Shown here piece after piece: positions 1 to 10,444 of a stretch of DNA of 64,000 bases. The stretch is taken from IMG/VR virus record IMGVR_UViG_3300028804_000001, positions 64,001-128,000 of that record; one strand, 5' to 3'. The translations under genes were made by a program, and so were the position numbers. The DNA comes from a virus (lineage: Duplodnaviria > Caudoviricetes). The notes below the pieces were generated by a model. It saw only the letters and a list, made by a program, of their open reading frames with translations. It had not been told where the DNA came from and did not search any database. The stretch's first letter is position 1. Every line of letters starts with the position of its first letter.

Positions 1-97
1 CTATTTTTGAGTAATTTCTGACCTATCTTTAAAAAGATGATGAACACTATTAAACCAAGAATGAAATTCATAATTATAACTCCTAAAAAAGGCCAGA

Positions 98-583
98 CTA
101 TGTCTGGCCACCTGCTACTAGTTTCAGATGTGCTTGCTGCTTCTGCAACTGTTTTCTCTGAATGTTCGCTTTAGCTTTGGCTTTAGCGCCTTCCAGTTCC
201 TGGAATACGCTACCACCAACAGAGTTATCCAATTCTGCATGCCGGCATTCGAGAGTAGTAAGATACTCTTTTACGTTCAGCATTTGTTCTTGTAGATAAA
301 GCTTTTCAGCTTCTACAATCTCAGCCCACTGGACAGGCTGCAGTTCTTCAATCTTCAATTTGGTAATTGAATACGGGTCAGTTCCATCTGAAGATGGTTT
401 ATAGTCAGATGGGAAGTCTCTCTCGAGCTTTTCCTCAATCCGACTGATTTTCTCTTCAGTTGGAGTTAATGACTTAGAACTGCGTGCAGTATTGGACAGT
501 TTATGGAGAAACGCCATAAACTCATCAGCTCCGAATCTCGGAAGTCTGACTTTATCTAACTTCTCTGCTTTCTCAACTGTCAT
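98..583 (-). CDS. hypothetical protein (coiled-coil)
   Basis: 161-aa ORF with AAGGAG SD; no recognised motif. Confidence 0.7.
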   Translation of the reverse strand: MTVEKAEKLDKVRLPRFGADEFMAFLHKLSNTARSSKSLTPTEEKISRIEEKLERDFPSDYKPSSDGTDPYSITKLKIEELQPVQWAEIVEAEKLYLQEQMLNVKEYLTTLECRHAELDNSVGGSVFQELEGAKAKAKANIQRKQLQKQQAHLKLVAGGQT

Positions 584-635
584 ATCCTTCTCCTTTTTTT
601 AGTAACGATAATAACACAAAGGGAAGGATAGACTA

Positions 636-1085
636 TTAGCTTGCCTGTTTAATTCCTTCCTTAGCCTTCTCGAGCTGTTTAAGAACAGTATCTACTTGAT
701 CATAGGCTCCGGATCCTACAGCTACTACATTCCGTACCAGCTTAACGAATCCATCAAAGTGCACTCTACTTGCCTGACATTGAGCAATAGCACTGATGAG
801 ATATCTTTCCCACTTATCAAGTTTCTCTTCGCGGGTATTGAGCTGCTCTTCTCTAAGATTTAATCTAGAGATAGCTCTATCCGCTCTTTCCTGTTCTTCT
901 TTAATTTTCTTTTCATAGCGATCATGATCTTTCTTTTTCTCATCCCGCTCTTTTTCAAGTTCTGCTTTAAAATGTGCTTCTGCTTGAGCATATCCAATAG
1001 CATAACCTTCGTTATATAGTTTATCGGCAGCTTCCATACGAAGTTGTTTCCAATTTCTATATCTTACCAACAATCCTTGAAACAT
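636..1085 (-). CDS. hypothetical coiled-coil protein
   Basis: 149-aa ORF, GGAGG SD, charged heptads. Confidence 0.7.
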   Translation of the reverse strand: MFQGLLVRYRNWKQLRMEAADKLYNEGYAIGYAQAEAHFKAELEKERDEKKKDHDRYEKKIKEEQERADRAISRLNLREEQLNTREEKLDKWERYLISAIAQCQASRVHFDGFVKLVRNVVAVGSGAYDQVDTVLKQLEKAKEGIKQAS

Positions 1086-1109
1086 GTATTCCTCCTGGTA
1101 GATGGGCCC

Positions 1110-3872
1110 TTACGGGCCCACCCTTTCCAACATACTGAACATACTTGGTTCCACTTTCTGTTCGATGTTTCCTTTCAGGAACTTACGAACAGTATCTTGT
1201 GAAGATTGATGCCTGATCATAGTGAATACTGGACTAATGTGGTCCAGAAAATCCCTTTGATTAGGAAATTCAGATTTATCTTCAAGATAGGTCCAGAACA
1301 GTTCATACAGATCTTTAAACTCTTCAGGGTTAGCTCCACCTGCTTTAATGCAGGCTGTTAACTCTGCATCTACCATTTCTCTAGATGGCAGATGTGTACC
1401 GTTATCATCTGTACGGGCAGCACGAGCAAAATCACACAATTTACGTGCATGACTTCCCCCGCCGTGCTTATTACTCAGAGAGTTTTCAGCTACGAACCTA
1501 TAGAACTGTAGTCCTCTTGAAACGCATTTCTCATTCTTCTCATTCTGATGGAAGATTAACCAACCAATGAATGATAGAGCGAGACTGCCAACAAGAGCGG
1601 TTTCCTTCTTGATATTACCCATAGCCCATCCAGCTTGAAGGCTGTTCTGATCTATGAGTTTAGTTGTCCAGAGTGTGCCACAGAAGTGATCCCAGTTTGA
1701 TTTATTTTCAAATTCCATATTCTTAAATGTGGAACTGATACCAATCATATCGGGGTGAGTAAGAGTATCAAACTCTTTCTCCCATTTCATTCTGGAAGCA
1801 CCTTCTCCTTCTTCCTGACATACTTGATCAACGATCCATTTGATATTCCAGAGTTCATCATTACTAATAACCTCATTCAAATGCATCTTCTGAAGATCTG
1901 AATATGCAGCAGGATCACTCGGAACAATACACAGCAAAGCATCTCCATCAAAGTCTCCTCTCAAGAGTGAGATGAGAACTGGATGGATGCTTACTGTATC
2001 TGTATACTTAGGAACCACTGATACTGCAAACAATTCACATTCATCATGAACTGGATGTCTGCACAGTAGAACCATTGGTTTCTCTCTGAACCATGGATAC
2101 TTTCTACTGAAAGCTCTAAATGCTCTTTCAGGTATACCGACCTGATGGATTTCAAGATCTGCATCTGCTGATGCAACACCATATACATAACTACCAGTAT
2201 ATGGACTGTTGTGTTTACTAACACAATCAGCAATAACTGATGTTAAGCATACGAGATACTTTTTACGTTCTCGATCTATTTTCCATAAGAGAGATGTATC
2301 CTTATTCTTTTCATACTGGGTTGTAAACAGTACAATGTTATTAAGATGTCTAGCCAGCTGATTTAGAACATACAGTCCCCAGTCATTTGCATAAACATCT
2401 GCAAATACAGGAGGCATGATGATGTCCATCTGGTTGCCTTTTCCATCGTATGTCTTTACATACCCATACTTCTTTCCGGAAGCAATATCTGGATCAAGAA
2501 CGGTTCCAACATATTCATCTTTCATATCTTCTGAGATACCAGTATCAAAGAAGGTCCTATAATCAGATCCACCTGGCATATACTTCCAGATTTCCACTAG
2601 CTGTTCATTTTCAAATGAACCAGTCAGCGATTTGATTACAGTATTATAGATCTTTTGAAGTCTCTCATCTTTGATAGGAAGAGATGTTGCCCACTTAAGT
2701 AGATGTTCAGCTCCTCTAATATACATCAGCAAAAGCAGAGTATAGGTTAGCTTAACACCTTCAAGAGACGGGTTAAATTTCTTATCATCGTGAGACTTCG
2801 TTGTCCACTTTAAAGTTTCGGATGGAATCTTATCACATCTATAAATTCTAATTACACCATGTGGTGCATCGAATTCAAGATTGTTCCATTGAACTTTACA
2901 AGTGTGAGAGATGTTATTGGTTTCCATCCAGGATTCAAGTTTGCTTCGGATGCTAGAAACAGAATTACCACTGCATAGTTCAAGCAGCAGCTTTTCATCT
3001 TTAGTTTCATGCCATACGAGGCTTGCCATTTCTTCCAGGAAACTTGCGGGAGTGCACCGTTTTCCAACTTCAAATGGAATCAGAATATCTGCAGAAACCC
3101 CATTAGCGGTAGGCATTTCTTCATCTGGAAGGATCTTACCAATGGTAAACTTATGGCCTGTTTGGTTCATAAGCTTATCGCCAACCATTAGCGGAGCAAT
3201 AGATTTATAAACGATCGTGTACCGTTTAGTGTGATCTCTATTTGTAGGACTCTCTGTTATTGAGACTACTACAGCTCCCCATGGTAGTTTAACCTTGGTT
3301 CGTTTATGCCTTACTGTTTTAATCTCTACACCATCTCTGCCAGCCTTTGTAATTTCAAAGGAGCAGATAAGCTGTCTAGGTCTAACAAAGTGAATTGCAG
3401 ATTCCTTAAACTTGGAGATTGCAGATATTACCTCAGGGAAATAGTGAACTAAATCATATTTCTGCAGCAGCTTATCATGAAACTGCCCCTGACTGTAATA
3501 CATCATACGAAGGTCTTCTTCAGGAGAAGTAGACTCTTCAATTTTCCAGGTTACTTTAGATTCCAGCGGAACTTCAATATCTTGAACTGTAACTTTATAA
3601 GCTTCCAGTTTCTTTGCGGCAGACTGACTTATAATACATGAATCATTTAAGGTTCCTATATCATAGAATCGAACTGCATGTAGATTCACACTATCCAGTT
3701 GAGGATTAACATCAGCTTGATAGTGAATTGGAGTATCCGGATTAAGGAGTGGAAGTGCACTGTGAGTAGATCGTAGAATCACTCTCCGTTTACCATCTAT
3801 GAATTCCGGAAAATATTTTTCCGATTTCGAGATGGAGAATGGATAACTGTTAGCTTCTGCGGTTAATTTCAT
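1110..3872 (-). CDS. two-barrel DNA-dependent RNA polymerase catalytic subunit: C-terminal beta region fused to beta' catalytic region
   Basis: Beta-like motifs ALPLLNPDTP, NDSCIISQS and VGDKLMNQTGHKFTIGKILPDEEMP...DILI are followed in the same ORF by beta'-like VLLCRHP...IHPVLISLLRGDFDGD. Confidence 0.88.
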   Translation of the reverse strand: MKLTAEANSYPFSISKSEKYFPEFIDGKRRVILRSTHSALPLLNPDTPIHYQADVNPQLDSVNLHAVRFYDIGTLNDSCIISQSAAKKLEAYKVTVQDIEVPLESKVTWKIEESTSPEEDLRMMYYSQGQFHDKLLQKYDLVHYFPEVISAISKFKESAIHFVRPRQLICSFEITKAGRDGVEIKTVRHKRTKVKLPWGAVVVSITESPTNRDHTKRYTIVYKSIAPLMVGDKLMNQTGHKFTIGKILPDEEMPTANGVSADILIPFEVGKRCTPASFLEEMASLVWHETKDEKLLLELCSGNSVSSIRSKLESWMETNNISHTCKVQWNNLEFDAPHGVIRIYRCDKIPSETLKWTTKSHDDKKFNPSLEGVKLTYTLLLLMYIRGAEHLLKWATSLPIKDERLQKIYNTVIKSLTGSFENEQLVEIWKYMPGGSDYRTFFDTGISEDMKDEYVGTVLDPDIASGKKYGYVKTYDGKGNQMDIIMPPVFADVYANDWGLYVLNQLARHLNNIVLFTTQYEKNKDTSLLWKIDRERKKYLVCLTSVIADCVSKHNSPYTGSYVYGVASADADLEIHQVGIPERAFRAFSRKYPWFREKPMVLLCRHPVHDECELFAVSVVPKYTDTVSIHPVLISLLRGDFDGDALLCIVPSDPAAYSDLQKMHLNEVISNDELWNIKWIVDQVCQEEGEGASRMKWEKEFDTLTHPDMIGISSTFKNMEFENKSNWDHFCGTLWTTKLIDQNSLQAGWAMGNIKKETALVGSLALSFIGWLIFHQNEKNEKCVSRGLQFYRFVAENSLSNKHGGGSHARKLCDFARAARTDDNGTHLPSREMVDAELTACIKAGGANPEEFKDLYELFWTYLEDKSEFPNQRDFLDHISPVFTMIRHQSSQDTVRKFLKGNIEQKVEPSMFSMLERVGP

Positions 3873-4620
3873 TCTCTAAAACTCCTTTCTTAAGTGCGAA
3901 TATATTAAATGTTGCTCCCTGACTTACATCGCTGAAATCGAGGATATCGCATTTAATAATGTTAGCATCTTCCAGAGATGTAAATATCTCAGGAATGATG
4001 ACTCGAGAAGCCATATCATTGATTTTGAATTCATCGAATTCAATGGAATGGGAAATCCAGCGGAATGCCAGAGTTCCAATACTTATTGCTCTTTTAATCA
4101 TCCAGTTGCTATATATGTTCTGCTTAACAGCAGCTCTGGCGGTATTCTCAATAGAAACAATTAATGCTTCTTCAAGAATATCAGATGCTCGTACATAGCT
4201 CCATTCATTCATGTCATAGATATTTTCACTTAAAGTGCCAATACTACTCCATGCTGCTTTCATTACTGGATTAACTAGAAGTTCAGGATCGGCAAGTCCC
4301 TCCATGTTGTTAATATATCCCAACGCCCCTAATTTCTCATGGGGTTGGACTTCACAACATAAACCATTGAGATAGCTTACATAAAACTTACTATCTGGAA
4401 TACCATACATTATATTTCCATAGATATGACCTTGATAGGTTACATATCTACGATCTATAAATCTTGGTATGAATACGCTGATTTCTTTGTTAAACTGTTG
4501 AGCTGGCAAACTCATATTTACTATGAGCTTATCTGTTCCACAATTAACTTGTTCAATATCAACGTTTACTTCAAGTCCAGAATAGTTCTTTCCACCACTG
4601 AAATATTCTAGAAGCTTCAT
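3850..4620 (-). CDS. probable RNA polymerase beta N-terminal fragment
   Basis: Overlaps the start of the 920-aa RNAP gene; VFIPRFIDRRYVTYQG weakly resembles beta IPLMT..GTFIING; supplies the region the 920-aa protein lacks. Confidence 0.5.
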   Translation of the reverse strand: MKLLEYFSGGKNYSGLEVNVDIEQVNCGTDKLIVNMSLPAQQFNKEISVFIPRFIDRRYVTYQGHIYGNIMYGIPDSKFYVSYLNGLCCEVQPHEKLGALGYINNMEGLADPELLVNPVMKAAWSSIGTLSENIYDMNEWSYVRASDILEEALIVSIENTARAAVKQNIYSNWMIKRAISIGTLAFRWISHSIEFDEFKINDMASRVIIPEIFTSLEDANIIKCDILDFSDVSQGATFNIFALKKGVLENEINRRS

Positions 4621-5261
4621 TATTCACCATCCATAAATCCAGTTCTAAAAGTCTTGGGACTTTTCTGGATTTCTTCTTCTTGATCTTCGAACTTACCAAC
4701 CCACTCCTGAAATTCTGCTGTTCCAACGATTCCATTCATAATTGTTTCAAAGAGAACCGTGGACATTTTAGCACTGAAGTTATCAGCGTTTGTTACATCA
4801 GCTTTCTCTCTTGCAATTGGCATTGCTCGATATAAAGGCTGGACGATAACACTATAATAGCCACCAGGAATGTGTGGGATTTCATCAAGATACCCGTGTT
4901 CTTTTGATACTTCATAAATATCACCGTTTACAGGATTCATCTTGAGTGGGATACGATGCGTCATTGATACTTCAGCATTGTACAGGATACCCTTCTGTTC
5001 GAAGGTTCCGCTGCCAAGGACTGAAGTTGCAAGGAGATGAAGATGTCCTCTTTTTCTGTCTACAGTAGCGGACAGTCTTAACCCAACAAACTTTTCCATT
5101 GCAGGGTTAAAGGATCCATTACAGTTTTCAGATAGGAACTTCTCAATCTTAATAACTGCCTTACCATCGGGCGTAGTATCGGTTACAGTTCCATACGCAT
5201 ATGGAACTCCGAAGTTTACACCGGCTAGATATCGGTAGTTTCTAGTTTCTTTGGTTTGCAT
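4620..5261 (-). CDS. hypothetical protein, first gene of RNAP operon
   Basis: 213 aa, GGAGG SD, stop/start overlap with next gene. Confidence 0.7.
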   Translation of the reverse strand: MQTKETRNYRYLAGVNFGVPYAYGTVTDTTPDGKAVIKIEKFLSENCNGSFNPAMEKFVGLRLSATVDRKRGHLHLLATSVLGSGTFEQKGILYNAEVSMTHRIPLKMNPVNGDIYEVSKEHGYLDEIPHIPGGYYSVIVQPLYRAMPIAREKADVTNADNFSAKMSTVLFETIMNGIVGTAEFQEWVGKFEDQEEEIQKSPKTFRTGFMDGE

Positions 5262-5384
5262 TTAAACCTCCGTGACCTGAAAAAGTAGTGGACGTGCGGT
5301 GTTTTTGAGTAATTGTTCGAGTGGCCCTTCAATAGGGTCCTCGAACTGAGGTACGATCTATCATTCAGGATTAGTTTTTTAGTA

Positions 5385-6881
5385 ATGCCAATAAGAACGA
5401 CAGCACCAGAATCAACCAGCCGCAACACTATTGGGGAGATTTACCCTGATCAAGAGAACGTTCTCTATGGATCAAGAGTATCAGATATATTAAGCTTCCT
5501 TCCAGATAACTTGAAGGATCGATATAATGATATTATTAAGAATCAGAATGTTAATGCTTTAAATTCAAGCGGCAAAGATGTAATTGTAAATATCAATAAC
5601 TTTGAAACTCGTGATGCTAATAACAATAACAAGCAGAGCGACTTTATACCAGATGCTTATTGGAAGAATCAGGATCTCGGCCGTAAGTATGAAGCTGTCC
5701 AAAGTCAGATTTTAGATAATCAGATTAAGCAGCAGCTAGCAGCTCAGAGCAGTAATCTCAGTCCCACTGAAATTGCAGATCAGCAAGCCAGGCTTAATAG
5801 ATCCCTTAGATTAGATAAGGTTTCCGAGTCATTAGTTGGCTTACCAACTCTGGATCCAGAAGCTGCCGATCAGTTTGTTATAGCAGCTGGTAATAACTCG
5901 ATGTATATGATCCAGCTCCAGAAGGCTATTGATGATTTAATGAGTGCGTACGGGAATAGAGTAAGCTTTGGAACTGTATTCAGAAATCCAACATCTAATA
6001 AGGTATCTACTATTCCTGATTTTAGAACTGGGACTGTCAGAGACCGGCTGGCTTCTTCTGCATTAATATTATATCAGCTGGTTCAGATTGGAGCCCTTAA
6101 GCCGGAAGATGAACTTAATATCCGGCCTATTAACATTAAGACTGGTGAGTTTGAAGTATCTCAATCAGAGATTGCTTATAACAAAGAAGCTCGTAAGCTC
6201 AAGCTGCCATTGAAGGGCCAGTTTAAAGTTAACTCTAGAATTACTACTGTTGGACAGAAGTATCATACATTTACTGGTGTAGATATCAAAGTAGCATATG
6301 CTATTGGATATTCAGTAGGTAATCTTGAAGGGTTAAGTATGATATCGTGGTCCATCCACCGCGGTAAGCCTGATGCTCCTCGAGGTGATGAAGTAGCTCC
6401 TACATATAGAGCTCGCGGTCGTCGAACGATCGCTGGTAGTATGATATTCACCATGTTTGATGAACATCCTATTACAGCTATCTATCCTCCAAACTTCTTC
6501 CCTCAGGATCCGGATTTTCAGATAGATTCTGCCGTAAGATCGGACTTTCTTAAGCCTGACCAATTACCTGCATTTGATTTGTTTGTTATTCTTACAAATG
6601 AATATGGCTATAAGTCCATTCTCTCTATCTTTGGAGTAGAGATTATGGATGATGGTGGTTCATTAGGTATTAATGATCTTGTTAACGAGGAAGTTATTCA
6701 ATATACTGCAAAAGATATTGATTTACTTCATCCTGTTAAAGTTGATGAAAATGGATTAATAGATCCATTCGAGTTAGCTTCATTGCAATCTGGCAAGATC
6801 TTCGAACGTAGATCAGTAATTGCTGGGTATGATACTCAGCCGGCTTTCTACGATCAATATGATGAATATAACAATGTCTAG
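5385..6881 (+). CDS. virion structural protein (tail-tube-like family of large phages)
   Basis: C-terminal motifs TFTGVDI, ISWSIHR, RGRRTIAGSMIFTMFD, DQLPAFD..TNEYG, IQYTAKDI; start uncertain (5313 or 5385). Confidence 0.65.
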   Translation: MPIRTTAPESTSRNTIGEIYPDQENVLYGSRVSDILSFLPDNLKDRYNDIIKNQNVNALNSSGKDVIVNINNFETRDANNNNKQSDFIPDAYWKNQDLGRKYEAVQSQILDNQIKQQLAAQSSNLSPTEIADQQARLNRSLRLDKVSESLVGLPTLDPEAADQFVIAAGNNSMYMIQLQKAIDDLMSAYGNRVSFGTVFRNPTSNKVSTIPDFRTGTVRDRLASSALILYQLVQIGALKPEDELNIRPINIKTGEFEVSQSEIAYNKEARKLKLPLKGQFKVNSRITTVGQKYHTFTGVDIKVAYAIGYSVGNLEGLSMISWSIHRGKPDAPRGDEVAPTYRARGRRTIAGSMIFTMFDEHPITAIYPPNFFPQDPDFQIDSAVRSDFLKPDQLPAFDLFVILTNEYGYKSILSIFGVEIMDDGGSLGINDLVNEEVIQYTAKDIDLLHPVKVDENGLIDPFELASLQSGKIFERRSVIAGYDTQPAFYDQYDEYNNV

Positions 6882-7216
6882 TATCTATTAGCTTCTATCA
6901 TTTCTTCAAAGCTATTAAATACTGGAGCATTCATATTAAGCTTATGACGATCGTATAGACCAAGTCTCTCGGCTATACGCATTATCTGTCCAGGCTTATC
7001 TACTTTCTCTAAAAGTATAAGTGCACCGGCACAATGTTGTGTATTCTTTAGATAAACACCTTCTCCATCATCATCGTGCTCTATTGTCTTATGGCATGCA
7101 AATGTTGCCCTATCCAATGATTGTAATATCTCTTCCACACGTTCTTCGTTAAGATAAGCTCTTATATCATTTCTAAACGGACAGTGAGTGCACGGTTCTT
7201 TCATCGTAAATAGCAT
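6878..7216 (-). CDS. Cys-rich protein (DUF6283-like)
   Basis: PCxxCPFR...FACHKT...QHCAGA; start moved to the ATG after the GAGG SD. Confidence 0.6.
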   Translation of the reverse strand: MLFTMKEPCTHCPFRNDIRAYLNEERVEEILQSLDRATFACHKTIEHDDDGEGVYLKNTQHCAGALILLEKVDKPGQIMRIAERLGLYDRHKLNMNAPVFNSFEEMIEANRY

Positions 7217-7228
7217 GATATAATCCTC

Positions 7229-7266
7229 AGAAAAATATCCAGGGGAATTTCTTCCCCCGGACATAT
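7229..7266 (-). terminator. intrinsic terminator
   Basis: ATGTCCGGGGGAA-gaaa-TTCCCCTGGATAT followed by T-run. Confidence 0.7.
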
Positions 7267-7271
7267 GGGAG

Positions 7272-7934
7272 TCACTTACCAGAAGCTGCTGCCTTCTCGG
7301 CTGCTTTCTGATTCTTCTCCACTTTAACGTGGTCAGCAGTGTTGCTGATAATCGTAGGATTACCAATCAGCTGCCGATAGGTTGCCTTGTTTCCGCGGGT
7401 AGTGTAATCTACTCGCAGATAGTCAACCTCTACGCGACTTCCAAGCGGAATGTTCTTGAGCATTTGGTCTCCTTCCGCTTTGAGACGATCCTTGATGGAT
7501 ACTCCCTTGGCACGAGCCAGAGGAACTTGCAAACGATTTGCAAGAGATCCACCAAATTGCCCTTCAGATGCAATCCACAATCCCAGCCCAACCTGATTCA
7601 GGTTCATCCGGCCTTGTTGATCCATCCCTTCATGACGATCGTAACCAATTACGATGCCACGAAGTTTCCCTTGATGAATTACTCCATCAATGGAATTCTT
7701 TGGACCGCGGAAATCGGGAACTTCTGCATATTCATGATAAATCCCTTCGGATTCATCATTGCCAGAAACTCCCATTTTGGTAACGTCTTCGGAGACGAGC
7801 TTTTCGTCTTTTCCGAAGAAATCGAGTTTGGCGAAGCATTCGTTGAACTTTGCTTCTACTCCCGATTTTCTCGGAGATCCCTGAGGACTCGGAGCGTCTA
7901 AGATTGTTGTAGTTGTGGTCATATTCATTCTCAT
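7272..7934 (-). CDS. hypothetical protein
   Basis: 220 aa; contains internal SIKDRL motif. Confidence 0.7.
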   Translation of the reverse strand: MRMNMTTTTTILDAPSPQGSPRKSGVEAKFNECFAKLDFFGKDEKLVSEDVTKMGVSGNDESEGIYHEYAEVPDFRGPKNSIDGVIHQGKLRGIVIGYDRHEGMDQQGRMNLNQVGLGLWIASEGQFGGSLANRLQVPLARAKGVSIKDRLKAEGDQMLKNIPLGSRVEVDYLRVDYTTRGNKATYRQLIGNPTIISNTADHVKVEKNQKAAEKAAASGK

Positions 7935-8028
7935 TCTTATTTAGTGTGGGAATTGGAAAGATCCCTTTTCCCCAATCCCTGAAAAAAAGCGTTCTAGAGT
8001 ATTCTCTAAAACGCTTATATATTTTTCG

Positions 8029-8265
8029 CTAATCTTTTTGATAATGTCGAATATCTGCAGGATCATCTTCTCCAAATGATCCAGTTTCATGATAAGAAGT
8101 TCGGCCAAAGCTTACATTCTTACGCATAACTGTATTACGTGCTAATTGATTCTTACGAATCAGATCAGCGTGATATACTGCAGCAAGGGTATCCTCATTA
8201 TCAGGAAGATTTGATAGCGAGTCAAACAAGCTATCTAGCGCATCTTCATTCGTGTCCTGGATCAT
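8029..8265 (-). CDS. hypothetical protein
   Basis: 78 aa, GGAG SD. Confidence 0.6.
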   Translation of the reverse strand: MIQDTNEDALDSLFDSLSNLPDNEDTLAAVYHADLIRKNQLARNTVMRKNVSFGRTSYHETGSFGEDDPADIRHYQKD

Positions 8266-8305
8266 AGTAGTTTTCTCCTAGTTAGTCTTATAATCCCAAC
8301 AACCC

Positions 8306-8683
8306 CTAGGCAGCTATGAGTTCCACTTCTCCTGGTTCTAGTATTAGAGGCATGCGGTGATGAAACATACTAACCGGCATAATTGACGGTCGTGTTACAA
8401 GCACTACATGACTTGCATTCCTATCAACAAGAGCAGCTACAGTAATAGGTTTACGTTCTCTTAGGAAGAACTTATGTCCACCTTCGTAGAACATATCTAT
8501 CTCTACTGTAGCATCGATCCAATCTTTCCAATAACCGAAAAGATTTTCCTGACGGGCATTATATACTAGATTAGAACCTAGCTTAATGCCCCATTCAGTG
8601 GAAGCAGGACGATTTGCTATTTTTATATCTAAGAAATCTCCTGGTTTAAACAGTTTGTTTCTTGAGCTTACTCGTCCACACAT
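8306..8683 (-). CDS. minimal SRAP (YedK/HMCES) abasic-site processing protein
   Basis: N-terminal MCGR, WG, NARxE, HHRMPLIL; start moved to MCGR after the GGAGG SD. Confidence 0.85.
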   Translation of the reverse strand: MCGRVSSRNKLFKPGDFLDIKIANRPASTEWGIKLGSNLVYNARQENLFGYWKDWIDATVEIDMFYEGGHKFFLRERKPITVAALVDRNASHVVLVTRPSIMPVSMFHHRMPLILEPGEVELIAA

Positions 8684-8710
8684 AGTAAACCTCCACAAAC
8701 TGAAAAAAGA

Positions 8711-9250
8711 TCAGTCCCACCAGATACGGATATAACTCTTACCTTCTACATCCTCGATACTAATTTCATCGGGACTACCAAGGACATTCCATGGGAATGG
8801 AGAATGCCTAAAACTTCTGGAGTTAACACACATATCAAAATAAGTATGTTCTTTAATACTAATTTTATAATTAGGATTTACTTCAAGATATACTGCGAAA
8901 TCGTCAAACTCTTCATTGGATGCATACCATCCAATAATAACAGATTTGATCCATGAAAAACTCTTTAGGTAGTTTTCAATCTGGATTACTTCAACAGCAG
9001 CCATTAATGGAGTGATTTGAATATTCTCATACTGACCTTTATCATTCTTTCTACGGTCAGTTCCAAGATCTTTTCCAAACCATTTCATGAATTCGGGGAG
9101 TCTTTTAAGGGCTTGATTATTTAACTCATCAGCTTCTCGAATTTTCTTTAAATGTTCTTGTTCTTGTTCTGATTTCTTTATCTTATCAAGTTGTTGCTGC
9201 GCTTTCTCTAATTGTTTCTGCGCTTTCAACTTCTGAGCTGATGTTGCCAT
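8711..9250 (-). CDS. hypothetical protein
   Basis: 179 aa, ends in RIWWD. Confidence 0.65.
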   Translation of the reverse strand: MATSAQKLKAQKQLEKAQQQLDKIKKSEQEQEHLKKIREADELNNQALKRLPEFMKWFGKDLGTDRRKNDKGQYENIQITPLMAAVEVIQIENYLKSFSWIKSVIIGWYASNEEFDDFAVYLEVNPNYKISIKEHTYFDMCVNSRSFRHSPFPWNVLGSPDEISIEDVEGKSYIRIWWD

Positions 9251-9529
9251 TAGACTTTCTCCTTTCTTTTTCAGTAAGATGCCATAAAATAGCTTTCCGG
9301 CGTGATTTTCCAGTGAGGTTAATTATAGCCTCAACTTCAGCTTGGTTTATTCTGACTGGCTTTGGTTCTTTCTTCTTCTTTGGTTTTGCCATCTGGTATT
9401 CCCATATAAACATGTTCTACTTCAGGATTTTTAAATTCCTGGTCTTCTACCAAAGTGTCAGAAGTAACCTCCACATCAGCTTCCTGATGCAGAGGTTTAT
9501 CTGTTTCCGGGATCATCTTGTTTATCCTT

Positions 9530-10018
9530 CTAATTTACTGACGTTGTATCCATGATCATAGTCTGTGTAGAGATTACTTTAACTACATCAGTTAACAACT
9601 GATCTGTGTAATTAATTACCCAGATATTTGATAACGCAAGTGCAAGTGAATCTGCATACTCAATACTATATTCTTCTACTGGATTAATTTCAGTAATAAT
9701 GTGTGCATAAACTGTTTGAGTTACAACCATCCTGATCATTCCGAGCAGCATAGGATCCATATCCTCTACTACAGAATGAAGGAATTCTTCGGAAAGAGTA
9801 TTCTTACCAAACATGGTAAGCAACTTCTCTCTTGTTGAACAAACCGGGCATTGCAAAACTGCTTGATTTGAAAGAGATTCGTTCATGCTTTTTGCATATG
9901 CGCCGCAAATGATTTGGACTGTTTCTTTACAGGATTTATCGAATATCTTCTTTCTCTGATCTGCAGAGAGATTATCAAATATATCCTGAGCTTTAAGTAC
10001 AAAGTTTGTATTAAACAT
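9530..10018 (-). CDS. hypothetical protein
   Basis: GGAGG SD, CxxC. Confidence 0.65.
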   Translation of the reverse strand: MFNTNFVLKAQDIFDNLSADQRKKIFDKSCKETVQIICGAYAKSMNESLSNQAVLQCPVCSTREKLLTMFGKNTLSEEFLHSVVEDMDPMLLGMIRMVVTQTVYAHIITEINPVEEYSIEYADSLALALSNIWVINYTDQLLTDVVKVISTQTMIMDTTSVN

Positions 10019-10051
10019 AACAAACCTCCACACCCTGAAAAAAAAAAAGAA

Positions 10052-10444
10052 TTAGAACGGGATTTCATTTTCTTCTAATCCAGTTTTATCTTCTATATAT
10101 GACTCATGTTCTTCTGTTAAGAACATCTTTAATGCAACTATTGGATTATAACCACTTTCATTTTCTAAAATGGATCCAATCCATTTCATTTCATGTTTCT
10201 CTTTAGTCCATACTATGTTCCTGGAATCTAATTCATGATGACTTCCATCAATTAATAATATCTTATCATCTTTAAGAGCCTGACTTAGAATTCTAGCAAT
10301 TCTATCAGAAACATATATTTCAGGATGACTTGTTCCAGCCATGGTCACTATAACCATTTCCGGAACACCATCAGGATGAGAACGATCGTCTATTGGCCGG
10401 GGGGTATTTCCTTTTAACTTTTCTTTATGACTTATCTTTTTCAT
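10052..10444 (-). CDS. hypothetical protein with SSB-like acidic tail (EEIPF-type)
   Basis: 130 aa ending EENEIPF. Confidence 0.6.
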   Translation of the reverse strand: MKKISHKEKLKGNTPRPIDDRSHPDGVPEMVIVTMAGTSHPEIYVSDRIARILSQALKDDKILLIDGSHHELDSRNIVWTKEKHEMKWIGSILENESGYNPIVALKMFLTEEHESYIEDKTGLEENEIPF

